The position numbers and the translations under genes are program-made. Positions 9,435 through 20,604 of a DNA stretch of 64,000 nucleotides are shown in pieces. Under the pieces are notes generated by a model. It saw only the letters and a program-made list of their open reading frames with translations, ran no database searches and was not told the DNA's origin. Positions within the stretch are counted from its first letter, which is position 1, and every line of letters begins with the position of its first letter. The stretch is from Candidatus Hydrogenedentota bacterium (lineage in GTDB: Bacteria > Hydrogenedentota > Hydrogenedentia > Hydrogenedentales > SLHB01). Where the stretch lies: the NCBI GenBank assembly GCA_963674865.2, contig CAXXYE010000008.1:1-64000 (forward strand). Direction: 5' to 3'.

Positions 9435-12400
9435 GTGAACCTTGCCTGTGCATTCCTGCTCTGGGGCGTTGTGGCGGCGGGCGAGGTCACCGTTACATCC
9501 TCGACCTGCGCTGTCACCTTCGATGGAGCCCGCATCGCCCAAGTCCGGAACCTGGCCACGGGCGACCTGCTCGCGGCAGAGGGCGGGGAGTTCCAGATCC
9601 TTGACGCGCGCGGCAATCCCGTTGCCCTTAATGCCGTCACTGTGGAGCGCCGCAACGGCGGCGCGATCATCTCCGCCGCCTCCGAGCGGGGCGACTGCCT
9701 CGCGGTAACCGTCCACGCCGACGGGGAGGATGTGTGCCTGCGCTTCGATGCAGAGGTGGCCGAGCCGGGGCTGCGTGCTATCTCATTCGTTATCAAGGAC
9801 TTCCGAGGTGCTACCACGTTCATCGCGCCCATTCTCGGCGGCATGGCATTGACGCCCGAGACGCCCGTCAACGGCGTCGAGCACATGTATCCGGGCAACT
9901 GGCAGTCCCAGTTTGCCATCCTGCAAAGCCAAGCCGGCGGCGTCTGGGTGCGCAGTACCGATACCGCATTCGGCTTCAAGCACGTCAAGTTTGCCCGGAA
10001 CGGATCTCTTTCGACCATCGTATTTCGGGATGAGGCCCAGGCCCCCTTCACCCAACATCGCCGGTTTGTCTCGCCAGAGTGGCGCATTGCCGCGTACAAA
10101 GGCGACTGGCGCATTCCCGCGGGGAGGTATCGCGAGTGGATGGCGAGGGCCTTCGATCTCCAGCCGTTCGAGCCCGGCTCGTGGGAGGACGGTATCCGGT
10201 GCGTCGTGACGACGAGCATCGGCGGCATCACGGAGCGCGGTTTGGGACTGCTGGCGGCGCGCGTGCGGCCAGCGCAGACGCTCCTCTACATTCCAAGCTG
10301 GCGGACGCACGCGTACGACGTCATGTACCCCGATTACGAGCCGGAGGAGGGCGCCGTCGGCCTGGTTCGTGCCGCGCGGCACCTTGGCTTCCACGTCATG
10401 TTGCATGTGGACATGCCCGGTGTGACGGGCGCCCACTCCTTTTTCGAAGAGGTCAGAGCGCATCAGCTTCGCGACGCCGTCACGCTCGAGCCCATCGGTT
10501 GGTGGCTCGACAAGCACCTTCCCCAGTCATTCTACTTCATTAATCCGGCATCGCCGGTTTTCCGGGCCGAATTCGTCCGGCGCATGCAGGACATCGCGGC
10601 AGCCTTGCCGGCCAACGCCATCCACCTCGATGTCTCGGCGCCCACGTGGAACGACGGTAACGGATTCATCGACGGCATGTCCTATCCTCAGGGCGCCGCC
10701 CGGCTTCACGAAGACCTCGTTCGAGCGTTGCCGGATGTGGTTTGGGGCGGTGAGCACCTGACTGAATCGACCTTGCGCCGCGAGCGGTTCTGGCAGCTCT
10801 GGGGCGATCATCCCGCGAACCGCTTCCAGCATCCCATCACGACGGCCCTCTACTGGCCCTACTGCCGGGCGTACGGCTACCTTGGCATGCCCGACCCCGC
10901 CCTTGGCGCCGAGCACTACGAGCGATACCTACGTCAGCACGACCGCAATGGCGTCATCGTCACGATTCCCATAAGCAACCTTGAGTCCGAGTTGGACGCT
11001 GTCAACCCGATTCTTGATGTCCTGTTCGACCTCGCGCGTATCCATCAGGACAGCCGGCTTGTCCCCGATCTCGACGCCACAGCGGCTAACGGCGATTACA
11101 TCTGCTGGCGCAACGACGCTGCCACGCTGCGTACTGAAAGGCGTGATGAGATCATGGCCTCCGTTTACAACGGCGAAACCGTCTTCGCGCACACATCGGG
11201 GGCTAAGTCCACTCCCGGACTTTTCCCTGCCGGGCCATGGCCCGCGTGGAACAGGCATGGGGCATTTGGCTTGGATCCCCATCGGGCCATGTTGCTTACC
11301 CCCCAGCGCCCACCCGTGCCACCGTTTCATATTCGGCGTATCGAAGGCTCCGCGGCCATGGTACAGCGCGTGGCGGCCTATCCGGGGGCAACGGTGCTCA
11401 TTCTGGCCCCCTATCCACCCGAGCCGCTGGTTCGGCTTGCGGAAGGCTTCTCCGAGGCCGAGACTTTTACTCGCCGGGAGGGGGTCTTGCGTCCTCTCGA
11501 GGACGGCGCCGTATGTCAGTTCGAGGAGCGCTCCTGTGGCGGCGTGATGCGGCGAGCTATGTACGTGGTGCCTCCGTGGAAAAAGGATGTACGGGGCTGG
11601 ACCACCGGCGCCCGCTTCCTGGTTGACGCGCCCGGCCGGGCCGAGCTTCGCTTCGCCATCGGCATCGATGATGAGGCAAGAGAAACCGACGGCGCGACAT
11701 TTCTTGCCTCTGTAAACGGCGAACAGCGGTTCAAACGCCATTACAGTGGCCGGCAATGGGAGGAGGTGGTTATCCCGCTCGATGATCTGACTCCCGGCGC
11801 CGTCACTCTGGAGCTTGCAACGCATCCCGGGCCGGCTGACGACGCAGCCTGGGATCTTGGCCTTTTCGCTGAACCTGGGCTGTATGCGGGCACAGAGCCC
11901 TCGCCCGGGCCCACCACTCTCACCTTCCGGGCCGGCTCACGCTCCTATGGCGAGATCATCGGAGCCAGTCGTACCGGACGGCATCGGCTGGAGGTCCCGG
12001 CACGCAGCGCGGGCGCCATTGTGTTGTTCGAGGAGGATGTTGCCGAGTGCGAGACGCCGCTTGATCTGGTAGGCGCAGGCCTGCCTGCCTGCATCGAGCA
12101 GGCGGTGGGGGCGACGCCGGGCTCGGTATGGCACGCCGGGGAAGTCATGAAGAAATGCTCGGGCGGCGAAGAGCGGAGAGCTTTGTTCGCGCATCCTCCC
12201 GCCGGCGGCCGCACGGTGTTCCCGTGGATAGGGCGCCTCCCTGAGGGCGTGTCGCATCTACGGTTCGGCGCGGGAATCGCCGACGGCGCGAACACCGACG
12301 GGGTGACGTTCGAGGTCCGCATTAATGGTGACTCCGTCTGGCAGCGGCTCACTACGGGGCCGGGCTGGCATGACGATGCCATCGACCTCGCTCCCCTGGC

Positions 12401-12491
12401 GGGAGACGCCATCGTGCTCGAACTGGTGACGGATTCCGGAAGAACCAACCATTGCGACTGGGCCTGTTGGAGCCGGGCCGTCATCGAATAA
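9435..12491 (+). CDS. Large secreted glycoside-hydrolase-like protein (DUF6259-like barrel plus NPCBM-like modules)
   Basis: Signal peptide; YDVMYPDY, GFHVMLH, IHLDVS; two C-terminal LRF.(I/A)GI.D...DG.TF...VNG modules. Confidence 0.65.
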   Translation: MNLACAFLLWGVVAAGEVTVTSSTCAVTFDGARIAQVRNLATGDLLAAEGGEFQILDARGNPVALNAVTVERRNGGAIISAASERGDCLAVTVHADGEDVCLRFDAEVAEPGLRAISFVIKDFRGATTFIAPILGGMALTPETPVNGVEHMYPGNWQSQFAILQSQAGGVWVRSTDTAFGFKHVKFARNGSLSTIVFRDEAQAPFTQHRRFVSPEWRIAAYKGDWRIPAGRYREWMARAFDLQPFEPGSWEDGIRCVVTTSIGGITERGLGLLAARVRPAQTLLYIPSWRTHAYDVMYPDYEPEEGAVGLVRAARHLGFHVMLHVDMPGVTGAHSFFEEVRAHQLRDAVTLEPIGWWLDKHLPQSFYFINPASPVFRAEFVRRMQDIAAALPANAIHLDVSAPTWNDGNGFIDGMSYPQGAARLHEDLVRALPDVVWGGEHLTESTLRRERFWQLWGDHPANRFQHPITTALYWPYCRAYGYLGMPDPALGAEHYERYLRQHDRNGVIVTIPISNLESELDAVNPILDVLFDLARIHQDSRLVPDLDATAANGDYICWRNDAATLRTERRDEIMASVYNGETVFAHTSGAKSTPGLFPAGPWPAWNRHGAFGLDPHRAMLLTPQRPPVPPFHIRRIEGSAAMVQRVAAYPGATVLILAPYPPEPLVRLAEGFSEAETFTRREGVLRPLEDGAVCQFEERSCGGVMRRAMYVVPPWKKDVRGWTTGARFLVDAPGRAELRFAIGIDDEARETDGATFLASVNGEQRFKRHYSGRQWEEVVIPLDDLTPGAVTLELATHPGPADDAAWDLGLFAEPGLYAGTEPSPGPTTLTFRAGSRSYGEIIGASRTGRHRLEVPARSAGAIVLFEEDVAECETPLDLVGAGLPACIEQAVGATPGSVWHAGEVMKKCSGGEERRALFAHPPAGGRTVFPWIGRLPEGVSHLRFGAGIADGANTDGVTFEVRINGDSVWQRLTTGPGWHDDAIDLAPLAGDAIVLELVTDSGRTNHCDWACWSRAVIE

Positions 12492-12607
12492 TGTGCCTGA
12501 AAATCAATGGCAGAAGTGACCTTGTGTGCCTTAGCTCGACTCTCAAACGAAAGGGGCGCGACAGGCGACTTGACACGGACCCTCAAAAAATGGTTATCTG
12601 TCGCGTC

Positions 12608-15148
12608 ATGCTGCAAGTTTGTAAAGCACTCATAGCCCCCGTTCTCCTGCTCTGTCTTGTCCTCATGCTGGCCTGTCCCGAGGCGGTCGGCGCGGAAGAC
12701 ATGGTGGTTAGCTTCTGCTACTGGGCGAATTTCAGAGACCACAACATGTACAGCCGTATCTGTGACATGTTCGAGGAGCAGAATCCTGGGATCACCATCA
12801 AGCAGGAGTGGGTAGTCGGCGACTACGGGCGGAAGCTTCAGCTTCAGGTTATCACCGAAAAGGCTGCCGACATCATCCTGATGGACGACGAGATTTTCCC
12901 CACCTATGGCGTTCGGGGATACCTCGAAGACCTTCGGCCTTACGTCGAGCGCGAAAGTGACGACCTTGAGCGTTCGCTCGCGGCAGATATGCGCTATCTC
13001 AACACCCCCGAGGATCAACGGGATCCCAACTATCAGCGCGCTTACCTTCCCACCAGCCTCGAAAGCTTCAATTACCGCGGCTTCCAGGGCGGACTGCCTT
13101 GGGACGGCAACGCCGTGATGATTTTCTACAACAAGGATTTGTTCGATGATGCGGGGATCTCGTATCCCTCCGAGGATTGGACCTGGGACGAGTTCCGTAT
13201 TATCGCGAAGAAACTCACGAAAGACCTCGACGGTGACGGGCGGCCCGATCAGTTCGGCACCAACATCGGTTTTGGTTTCCTTGGATTTGAGCCGGTGCTC
13301 TGGTGTTTTGGGGGAGAGGTCCTCAACGAGGACAAGACGAAGTGCGCCATGCACGGCTCTCGGGCCATCGAGGCCGCCAACCTGCTCTTCGACATGAAGT
13401 ATATCGACCATTCCATCGCCTGGACAGGCGAAATGGAGGGCATCGGTACAGAGGTTCAGTTGCTGACAGGCCGGCTGGGGATGGTGCCTGCGGGCTCCTA
13501 TATGATCCCCATGCTCAATCTGGTGGGCGAGGAGGCGATGCGCTGGGGGCTGGCCCATATGCCCATCGGCCCTTACGGCGATCGCTACACGCGAGTGACT
13601 TGGGACGGTATCTCAATCAACGCCCACACGACCCCGGAGAAGAAGGAAATCGCCTGGCGCTTCATCAAGCATTTCCTTAGTCCGGACGTGCAGCGCATAT
13701 TCGGCGGCAGCCAACGCGGCATGCCTATACGGCGTGAGGACGTGCTTGCGTCCTATATTAAACCCGAGACACCTGCCAACGAGGAAGCCGCTCTCGAAGC
13801 GACGGCCTATGCCAAGTTGACGCCTATCACGCCCCGCTACCTCGAATTGCGCGACGCGATGAAGAATGAGTTCGACCGGCTCAACATCGCCCACGTGTAC
13901 AACAAGGGCATCGACGATCCGGCCGACTGGGTTTTGACGCCCACCACGGAGTTCCCGAAGCTCGAGGAGAAGGTCAATATTGTCCTTGAGAAGGAACTGG
14001 CCGACTGGGCCGAAGCCGCCGAGGGCGGCGCCGGCGGTAGCGCGAGCACTGCGGGAACCGGACTCAAGGCATTGGGCTGCGCGCTCCTGATCGTTGTCGC
14101 GGCCTTCGTCATTCTGATGCTGTTCCCGCCGGTACGTCGCGGCCTGCGATTGCAGGTCGCGGACACATGGGACATGCTGCATAGTCGCATGGGGCGAAAG
14201 GACGCTCTCGAAGGCTTGCTCTTTGCCTCACCGTGGCTGATGGGACTGCTCTTGTTCACCGCCTTCCCCATCGTATTCAGTATCGTCTTGAGTTTCTCGG
14301 AGTGGGACCCCTATATGCCCATTACCGAGATGAAGTTCATCGGCCTGCGCAATTTCATGCGAGCATTCTCCACCGATCCCGTCCATGGCGACCCGCTTGT
14401 GCTCAAGGCGTTGTACAACACCTTCTACTTCGCCTTCTTCGCCGTGCCCCTGGGCCTGTGTACTTCCCTTGGCTTGGCCATTCTTCTGAATCAGAAAGTC
14501 CGTGGGATCACCATCTTCCGCACAACGTTCTATCTGCCCAGCATTATTGCGGGTGTCGCCACCGTCATTCTCTGGTCGTACATTTTCAATCCCGTTTTTG
14601 GCCCGCTCAACAACGCGATAAGGCATATCAATCAGTTTTTTGACTGGACGCATGTCTTGGCATGGGTGAATCTACCTGAGCCGTATTGGTTGGGAGATCC
14701 GCGCTGGACAAAGCGCTCACTCATTCTCATGAGCCTTTGGCGTGCGGGCGGCTCCGGCATGTTGATCTTCCTGGCCGGTTTGCAGGGCGTACCCGATCAG
14801 CTCTACGAGGTGGCTGACCTCGATGGGGCCGGCCGACTGCGAAAATTCTGGAACATTACCGTGCCCATGCTCACGCCCACCATCTATTTCAACCTTATCA
14901 TGGGCATCATAGGCGCGCTGAAGGTCTTCATGCAGGCCTACATCTTGACGGAAGGCGGCGGCGGGGCGGACAACTCCCTTAGGTTCTATGTGTTACATCT
15001 TTTCGTCAAGGCGTTTGTAGAATTCGAAATGGGATATGCCTCGGCACTCGCGTGGATTCTGTTCGTCATCATCATGGCTTTCACGATGATGGTTATCAAA
15101 TCCAGCGCAGTCTGGGTCTACTATGAAGGAGAGAAGCGAGGCCGATGA
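12608..15148 (+). CDS. Carbohydrate ABC transporter solute-binding protein fused to a permease
   Basis: SBP motifs ([18 protein letters not shown]) then transmembrane helices with FRTTFYLPS and EAA-like YEVADLDGA; start approximate. Confidence 0.9.
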   Translation: MLQVCKALIAPVLLLCLVLMLACPEAVGAEDMVVSFCYWANFRDHNMYSRICDMFEEQNPGITIKQEWVVGDYGRKLQLQVITEKAADIILMDDEIFPTYGVRGYLEDLRPYVERESDDLERSLAADMRYLNTPEDQRDPNYQRAYLPTSLESFNYRGFQGGLPWDGNAVMIFYNKDLFDDAGISYPSEDWTWDEFRIIAKKLTKDLDGDGRPDQFGTNIGFGFLGFEPVLWCFGGEVLNEDKTKCAMHGSRAIEAANLLFDMKYIDHSIAWTGEMEGIGTEVQLLTGRLGMVPAGSYMIPMLNLVGEEAMRWGLAHMPIGPYGDRYTRVTWDGISINAHTTPEKKEIAWRFIKHFLSPDVQRIFGGSQRGMPIRREDVLASYIKPETPANEEAALEATAYAKLTPITPRYLELRDAMKNEFDRLNIAHVYNKGIDDPADWVLTPTTEFPKLEEKVNIVLEKELADWAEAAEGGAGGSASTAGTGLKALGCALLIVVAAFVILMLFPPVRRGLRLQVADTWDMLHSRMGRKDALEGLLFASPWLMGLLLFTAFPIVFSIVLSFSEWDPYMPITEMKFIGLRNFMRAFSTDPVHGDPLVLKALYNTFYFAFFAVPLGLCTSLGLAILLNQKVRGITIFRTTFYLPSIIAGVATVILWSYIFNPVFGPLNNAIRHINQFFDWTHVLAWVNLPEPYWLGDPRWTKRSLILMSLWRAGGSGMLIFLAGLQGVPDQLYEVADLDGAGRLRKFWNITVPMLTPTIYFNLIMGIIGALKVFMQAYILTEGGGGADNSLRFYVLHLFVKAFVEFEMGYASALAWILFVIIMAFTMMVIKSSAVWVYYEGEKRGR

Positions 15149-16005
15149 GGCAAGAGGAATTCCAGGGCAGTATCAAAGTTACGAAGCGCATCGAACGCTC
15201 ACTCGGGCTTTTCGCGCTTGTGGGTTTGTCGATCCTCTTCATGATTCCCCTGGTGATCACGCTGAGTGATAGCCTCAAGACCTTCGCCGAAGTATACGAG
15301 CAGCCCCGCATCTGGATTCCGAAACCCCCGCAATTCAGCAACTACGTGCGCATTTTCCAGATTCTCCCTTTCCATCGGTTTGCCGTCAACACGATCATTA
15401 TCACGGCGCTGGCCCTATTCGGCCAGGTACTCAGCGGGTGCATTGTAGGTTACAGTTTTGCCCGCCTGCGCTGGCCTTTTAGAGACGCCTTCTTCGTCGT
15501 TCTTCTGTGTACCATCATGCTCCCGCCGCAGGTCAATCTTATCGCGCAATTCATCATGTTCAACAAGATCGGGTGGTACAACACCTGGCTCCCGTTAATT
15601 GTCCCGGCCTATTTCGGCGGCGGGGTGTTTAACGTGTTTCTCATGAGGCAATTCTTTAAGACCATTCCGCTTGCTCTTGAGGACGCCGCAAAGATAGACG
15701 GATGTTCCACGGCCCGCATCTTCTTCACCATCATGATGCCTCTGTCTAAGCCGGCCATCGCCACGATCTGCGTTCTCGGCTTCATCGGGCGTTGGAACGA
15801 TTTCCAGAGTCCTTTGATCTACCTCTCCGACTACATGAAGTTTCCCATCTCAATGGGCATCTACATGTTCAAGAGCACCACGGCCATGTTTGCCCACTAT
15901 GTCATGGCCGCCAGCCTGACTGCGGTGGTGCCCGTCCTCGTCATCTTCTTCTCGGCGCAGCAGTACTTTGTCAAAGGTATCGTCCTGACGGGCATCAAAG
16001 GCTGA
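15145..16005 (+). CDS. Carbohydrate ABC transporter permease
   Basis: FLMRQFF, LEDAAKIDG, WNDF..PLIYL; ATGA overlap with the previous gene. Confidence 0.95.
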   Translation: MRQEEFQGSIKVTKRIERSLGLFALVGLSILFMIPLVITLSDSLKTFAEVYEQPRIWIPKPPQFSNYVRIFQILPFHRFAVNTIIITALALFGQVLSGCIVGYSFARLRWPFRDAFFVVLLCTIMLPPQVNLIAQFIMFNKIGWYNTWLPLIVPAYFGGGVFNVFLMRQFFKTIPLALEDAAKIDGCSTARIFFTIMMPLSKPAIATICVLGFIGRWNDFQSPLIYLSDYMKFPISMGIYMFKSTTAMFAHYVMAASLTAVVPVLVIFFSAQQYFVKGIVLTGIKG

Positions 16006-16129
16006 TCTCGGCCAAAGCGTCTTCACCCTCCCAAGCCGCCCCGTCTGTTGCGCGTTCCAAACCAGCCGTATCGTCATGATACAATCGTGAGGCGCAAATG
16101 CGTTGCTCAAACGCAGGGAGGATGCGTCC

Positions 16130-16615
16130 ATGGCTCCCAATGACTCACCGCCTTTGCACCCGGCGCGAGTTCAGATGATTGCTGCCTTCATACTTTTGGC
16201 TCCCCTCACCTACATGGGTGTGGCCATTGCGCTTCGACTGGGTGAGGTGATTCCGGAGGAAGGATACGCGGAGTTGCCCGCTGAAACACTGCGCGTGCTG
16301 CGGCCTGCGTTGTTGGCGGCGGGCGGCCTTTCCGCCTTGGCCTCTTTCCCCGTACGCAAAGCCATGGCGGCTCGACTCCTCGGGCAGGAGCCGACGCTGG
16401 CGAACCGGCTCCGCGTTGTCATAGTGGCCATGGCCCTCGCCGAGTCGGCGGGCGTGGTGGGCCTGGTGCTATTCCTGCTCACCGCGGACTTCATAGCCGC
16501 GTCGATTCTATGGGGATGCTCCATCGGGGCGTGTTGCCTGCACTTTCCCTCACGCGCCTGGCTTGAATCGGATAGCGATGAGGAACATATGCCACTGAGC
16601 AATGGAGGTCGTTGA
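16130..16615 (+). CDS. Hypothetical membrane protein, about 4 TM segments
   Basis: Hydrophobic segments, MALAES motif, GGAGG upstream. Confidence 0.65.
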   Translation: MAPNDSPPLHPARVQMIAAFILLAPLTYMGVAIALRLGEVIPEEGYAELPAETLRVLRPALLAAGGLSALASFPVRKAMAARLLGQEPTLANRLRVVIVAMALAESAGVVGLVLFLLTADFIAASILWGCSIGACCLHFPSRAWLESDSDEEHMPLSNGGR

Positions 16616-16616
16616 C

Positions 16617-17897
16617 ATGGCCGTATCCAAGGACTTGAGAGAGCGCCTGAGGCGGGAAGTGGACGCTATTCCGATCATCGATACGCACGAGCATATCCCG
16701 CCTGAAGACAGCCTTGCGGCGCGCGAGTCAAGCCTGTTCAATTTCTTCGAGCACTATGTCTCATCGGATCTGATTTCGGCGGGCATGGCCCGCGAGACGC
16801 TTGATAAGATGCGAGACGCTTCGAACGGGCTGAGTCTTGAGGAGCGCTGGGCGCTGATGGCTCCTTATTGGCCTTTTGTCAGGACCACCGGTTACGGACG
16901 CGCCATGATCGAGTACATGCGCGATCTTTTCGGCGTGGAAGACATCAACGAGACTACCTACCTCGACCTTTGCGCGCGAATCCAGGAAGCCCGGCGGCCG
17001 GGGTGGTATCGCACCGTATTGAAGGAGAAGGCCAACATCGATGTCTCGCTCGTTATCACATGGCCCGGCGCTTCCGTGGCGGTGGAGCAGGCGTTTTTCC
17101 GAGCGGTGCCTATCCTCGATCACTATGCCATTCCCGGCACTCGATCCGAACTGGCCGAACTCGAGAAGAGGTCGGGGAGCAGTATCCAGACGCTCGACCA
17201 ACTCATCTCCGCTATGGAGGCCCAACTCGATCAATTCGTTGCCGAGGGCATCGTTGCCGTGAAGATGTTCCTGGCTTATCGGCGCACGCTTCTGTTCGAG
17301 CGAGTCGAGAAGACGCAAGCCGCACGCTGCTTCGATCGAATCTGGTTATCGCAGACGCAAGACCTCACGTTTGAGGATCTGAAGCCGCTACAGGATTTCG
17401 TGATTCGACATCTTATAGGTCTTGCGACGGATCGCGGCCTGCCGATTCAGATCCACACGGGACTTCAAGAAGGCAACGGGAATTACATCGAGAACTCCAA
17501 GCCAACGCTGTTGACGAACCTCTTCATGGAATTCAGCGATGCCCGGTTCAATCTCTTCCACGCGGGTTATCCGTACACGAGCGAGATGGCCGTCCTCGCC
17601 AAGAACTTTCCGAACGTCCGGGCCGATCTATGTTGGGTGCAAGCCATCTCGCCCGGTGTTGCCGGTCGCGCACTGAGTGAATGGCTCGAAGTGCTCCCCG
17701 CCAACAAGATCTTCGCCGTCGGCGGGGACTCCAATTACGTCGAAGGCGCCTACGGCCACTGCAAGATTGCCCGGCGCATTGTGGTGGATGTTCTAGCTGC
17801 CAAGGTCGAGCAGGGATATTTCACTGAAGACGAAGCCTCTTGGATTGCCCGTCGGATTCTCCGTGAAAATGCCGCAGAGTTTTTCGAACTCTCATGA
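16617..17897 (+). CDS. Amidohydrolase family (uronate-isomerase-like) protein
   Basis: IIDTHEH, IQIHTG, LFHAGYP, ADLCW, GGD motifs. Confidence 0.88.
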   Translation: MAVSKDLRERLRREVDAIPIIDTHEHIPPEDSLAARESSLFNFFEHYVSSDLISAGMARETLDKMRDASNGLSLEERWALMAPYWPFVRTTGYGRAMIEYMRDLFGVEDINETTYLDLCARIQEARRPGWYRTVLKEKANIDVSLVITWPGASVAVEQAFFRAVPILDHYAIPGTRSELAELEKRSGSSIQTLDQLISAMEAQLDQFVAEGIVAVKMFLAYRRTLLFERVEKTQAARCFDRIWLSQTQDLTFEDLKPLQDFVIRHLIGLATDRGLPIQIHTGLQEGNGNYIENSKPTLLTNLFMEFSDARFNLFHAGYPYTSEMAVLAKNFPNVRADLCWVQAISPGVAGRALSEWLEVLPANKIFAVGGDSNYVEGAYGHCKIARRIVVDVLAAKVEQGYFTEDEASWIARRILRENAAEFFELS

Positions 17898-18014
17898 CGG
17901 CATCGCTCTAGCCATGTTGCCGGGCCGGCATTAGCACGGCAAGAACGCGCCCAGTATTCCCGCCGTGTGCGTATGGCGCTCGGGGCGGCTCATGTCTCCC
18001 AGTTCTTGGACTAC

Positions 18015-18043
18015 TTGAACATTTTGTGGGCTTGGGGTACGGT
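18015..18043 (+). promoter_or_regulatory. Putative sigma70 promoter
   Basis: TTGAAC-N17-TACGGT upstream of the Gfo/Idh/MocA gene. Confidence 0.4.
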
Positions 18044-18105
18044 GGTGCGGTTTTGAAGCGGTTTATGGTTTTTGGGGATAGGCCGGAAGCGAAGGAACAC
18101 GCGAA

Positions 18106-19137
18106 ATGAAGCGATTCAAGAAGGCAAAGGATATCAAGGTTGGAGTGATTGGATACGGCGGCGCCTTCAATATGGGGCGGGGCCACTTGAGGGAAATGAT
18201 GCACGCGGGCATGACTCCCGCTGCGGTGTGCGACACGGACACGGCGCGGCTGAAGGTCGCGGAGGAGGAGTTCCCGGGTATCGAGACGTACAGCTCCGTA
18301 GCGACGATGCTCAAGAAGTCCGCGCTGGATCTCGTTACGATCATCACGCCGCATAACACGCATGCCAAGCTCGCCATCCAGTGTTTGAAGGCAGGCAAGC
18401 ACGTCGTCTGCGAGAAGCCTTTCGCCGTTACGACGGCTGAATGCGACGCGATGATAGCCGCCGGCAAGAAGAGCGGCGCCATGCTTTCCACGTATCACAA
18501 CCGCCACTGGGATGGGTGTATTCTCCAGGCGATGAAGAAGATCGGTACCGGCGCCATCGGCGAGGTGGTCCGTGTCAATGGCCGGGCCTGTGGCTACGGC
18601 CAGCCGGGAGACTGGTGGCGTTCGAGCAAGTCGATCTCGGGCGGCATTCTCTATGACTGGGGCGTCCACATCCTTGAGTACACGTTACAGATCGTCAATT
18701 CGGACATGACCGAAGTAACCGGATTTGCCAAGAAGGGCTTCTGGGCGCCCAAGACTGCTTGGAAGAAAGATGCCAATGAAGACGAAGGCCTTGCCATCGT
18801 CCGGTTTAAGAGCGGTGCCTGGGCGACGCTGTGCGTGTCGTCCATCGACTCGAATCCGAAGCCGGGCATGATCGACGTGACGGGCACAAAGGGTTCCTAC
18901 GTGTTTACGGGGGACACCTGGGAGATGACCACGCACCGTGGCGCGGAAACGATTATAGCGAAGGGCCGGAATCCGAAATCGCTCTGGGATGCCTACTACC
19001 AGAATGTGGCCGACCACCTGACAAAGGGCACAAAACTTGTCATTACCGCGGAGTGGGCGCGTCGTCCCATCCACATCATTGATCTGGCGAATCGGAGCGC
19101 TGCTCAAGGCAAGAGCCTTAAGGCCAAGTACAAGTAG
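18106..19137 (+). CDS. Gfo/Idh/MocA oxidoreductase
   Basis: VGVIGYG, TPHNTH, HVVCEKP, GGILYDWGVH. Confidence 0.93.
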   Translation: MKRFKKAKDIKVGVIGYGGAFNMGRGHLREMMHAGMTPAAVCDTDTARLKVAEEEFPGIETYSSVATMLKKSALDLVTIITPHNTHAKLAIQCLKAGKHVVCEKPFAVTTAECDAMIAAGKKSGAMLSTYHNRHWDGCILQAMKKIGTGAIGEVVRVNGRACGYGQPGDWWRSSKSISGGILYDWGVHILEYTLQIVNSDMTEVTGFAKKGFWAPKTAWKKDANEDEGLAIVRFKSGAWATLCVSSIDSNPKPGMIDVTGTKGSYVFTGDTWEMTTHRGAETIIAKGRNPKSLWDAYYQNVADHLTKGTKLVITAEWARRPIHIIDLANRSAAQGKSLKAKYK

Positions 19138-19201
19138 TTGGCGATTCCCCGGCAGTTGGCACCGGCTTCCGCCGAAGTCGGAAGGCGATGGAGAGGGCGA
19201 T

Positions 19202-19849
19202 ATGAAGAGCGATATCAATGTGATGGTAATGGGGGGCCACACGAAAGGGTTCCACCAATTCGAGATCATGGGCCCCATCTACGAGAGGTTCCTCACGGAG
19301 GCCGGATACAAGGTGACGCTGACGGAAGATCGCGACGACTTCAAAGCCGACGCGCTTGAGCCGTTTGACGTCGTGGTTTGTTACACCACCGGCGAGGATC
19401 TCACGCCGGAGCAGGCGCAGGGGCTATTGCAGGGAATCGCGGGCAAGGGCAAGGGATTCGTGGGAGTCCATTCCGCCGCGGATTCCTTCAAGGATACGCC
19501 CGGCTTCATCAACATGGTGGGCGGGAAGTTTCTATCCCACCCGGATCACTGGCCCCGTCTCACGATCAATGTGCTTGAGCGCCACCACCCGACAATGGCC
19601 GGCATCGAGGACTTCGAGATCGAGGATGAACTCTATCTCATGGAGACATACGGCCACTTCGACGTGCTGATGAGCACTTGGTGGCGCGGATTCGAGCGGC
19701 CAATCACCTGGATCAAGCCTTATGGCCACGGCCGCGTGTTCTACACGGCGCTTGGACATGACAAGCCACAGACGGAGAATCCCAGTTTCCAGCGCCTCAT
19801 CGTGAATGCGGTGTGTTGGGCGGCGGATTCGGGAATGACGAAGAAATAG
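19202..19849 (+). CDS. ThuA-like (class I glutamine amidotransferase-like) domain protein
   Basis: GFVGVHSAAD, GGKFLSHP, DELY, GRVFYTALGHD. Confidence 0.88.
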   Translation: MKSDINVMVMGGHTKGFHQFEIMGPIYERFLTEAGYKVTLTEDRDDFKADALEPFDVVVCYTTGEDLTPEQAQGLLQGIAGKGKGFVGVHSAADSFKDTPGFINMVGGKFLSHPDHWPRLTINVLERHHPTMAGIEDFEIEDELYLMETYGHFDVLMSTWWRGFERPITWIKPYGHGRVFYTALGHDKPQTENPSFQRLIVNAVCWAADSGMTKK

Positions 19850-19857
19850 GAGGCGAA

Positions 19858-19882
19858 GGCCGCAGGGCGGCGCCCTGCGGCC
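19858..19882. repeat. Perfect 12-bp inverted repeat (terminator- or REP-like hairpin)
   Basis: GGCCGCAGGGCG-G-CGCCCTGCGGCC just after the ThuA stop; no U-tract. Confidence 0.6.
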
Positions 19883-19924
19883 ATTCTCCACTGCCCAACC
19901 CGAAGCCTACCACGGGAGAACGAC

Positions 19925-20542
19925 ATGGGCAAAGTCGAGTTCGACTGCCCGCATTGCGGCGAACATATCGTAGGCGACGAAAGGCTGTACGGCGCGAGCG
20001 TGACGTGCAGCGAGTGCGGCGGCGCCATCGTCGTGCCGGAGAAGCCGGCTGGGCCGCCGCCCAGGGTGGCCGTGCTCTATCCGGCCGAGGAGGAAGAGGC
20101 GCCGCGCGATGATGACGAGGGTGAACGCGATGTCTTTGATCTCGCGCCGTCCGTCCGCGCCTTCGCGGGCGCCATTTCCTGGGGAATCTTGCTGCTTCCT
20201 CTGGTGATAGGGCTGTTTATCCTGTTGAGCGTATGGATCAAGGTGGCCTCACTACGGTACCGTTTGACGACGCAGCGGCTCTTTGTAAGACGGGGACTGA
20301 TCGCCAAGCGCTTGGAAGAGTTGGAGCTGTTTCGGGTGAAAGATGTAATCGTCCAACAGGGTGTGCTGCAGAGATTTCTCGGCGTCGGCACCGTGACGGT
20401 GCTCTCGACGGACGATAGTACACCACGACTCGATCTTGTCGGCGTGCTGCACCCTATCGACGTGAAAGAAGCTGTCCGGAAACATTACCGTGCAGCACGA
20501 AAACGCGAGGGAGTACATCCTGCCGAGTTCATCACGTCCTGA
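19925..20542 (+). CDS. Zinc-ribbon plus bacterial PH-domain membrane protein
   Basis: CPHC...CSEC, one or two TM segments, YRLTTQRL..RGLIA..ELELFRVKD..Q..LQR.LGVG. Confidence 0.8.
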   Translation: MGKVEFDCPHCGEHIVGDERLYGASVTCSECGGAIVVPEKPAGPPPRVAVLYPAEEEEAPRDDDEGERDVFDLAPSVRAFAGAISWGILLLPLVIGLFILLSVWIKVASLRYRLTTQRLFVRRGLIAKRLEELELFRVKDVIVQQGVLQRFLGVGTVTVLSTDDSTPRLDLVGVLHPIDVKEAVRKHYRAARKREGVHPAEFITS

Positions 20543-20604
20543 AGCCTGCGTGGGCGCAGGACGTGTCTTTTGGGGGATACAACCACATAATGGAGGTAGC
20601 CAGA

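Noticed and set aside
11945..13558. Long antisense ORFs (also 25945-27438, 35275-36933, 8389-9417 and others)
   Set aside because: Shadow frames of GC-rich genes with no recognisable motifs
19145..19165. TTGGCAC as a sigma54 -24 element before the ThuA gene
   Set aside because: No GC dinucleotide at the required -12 position
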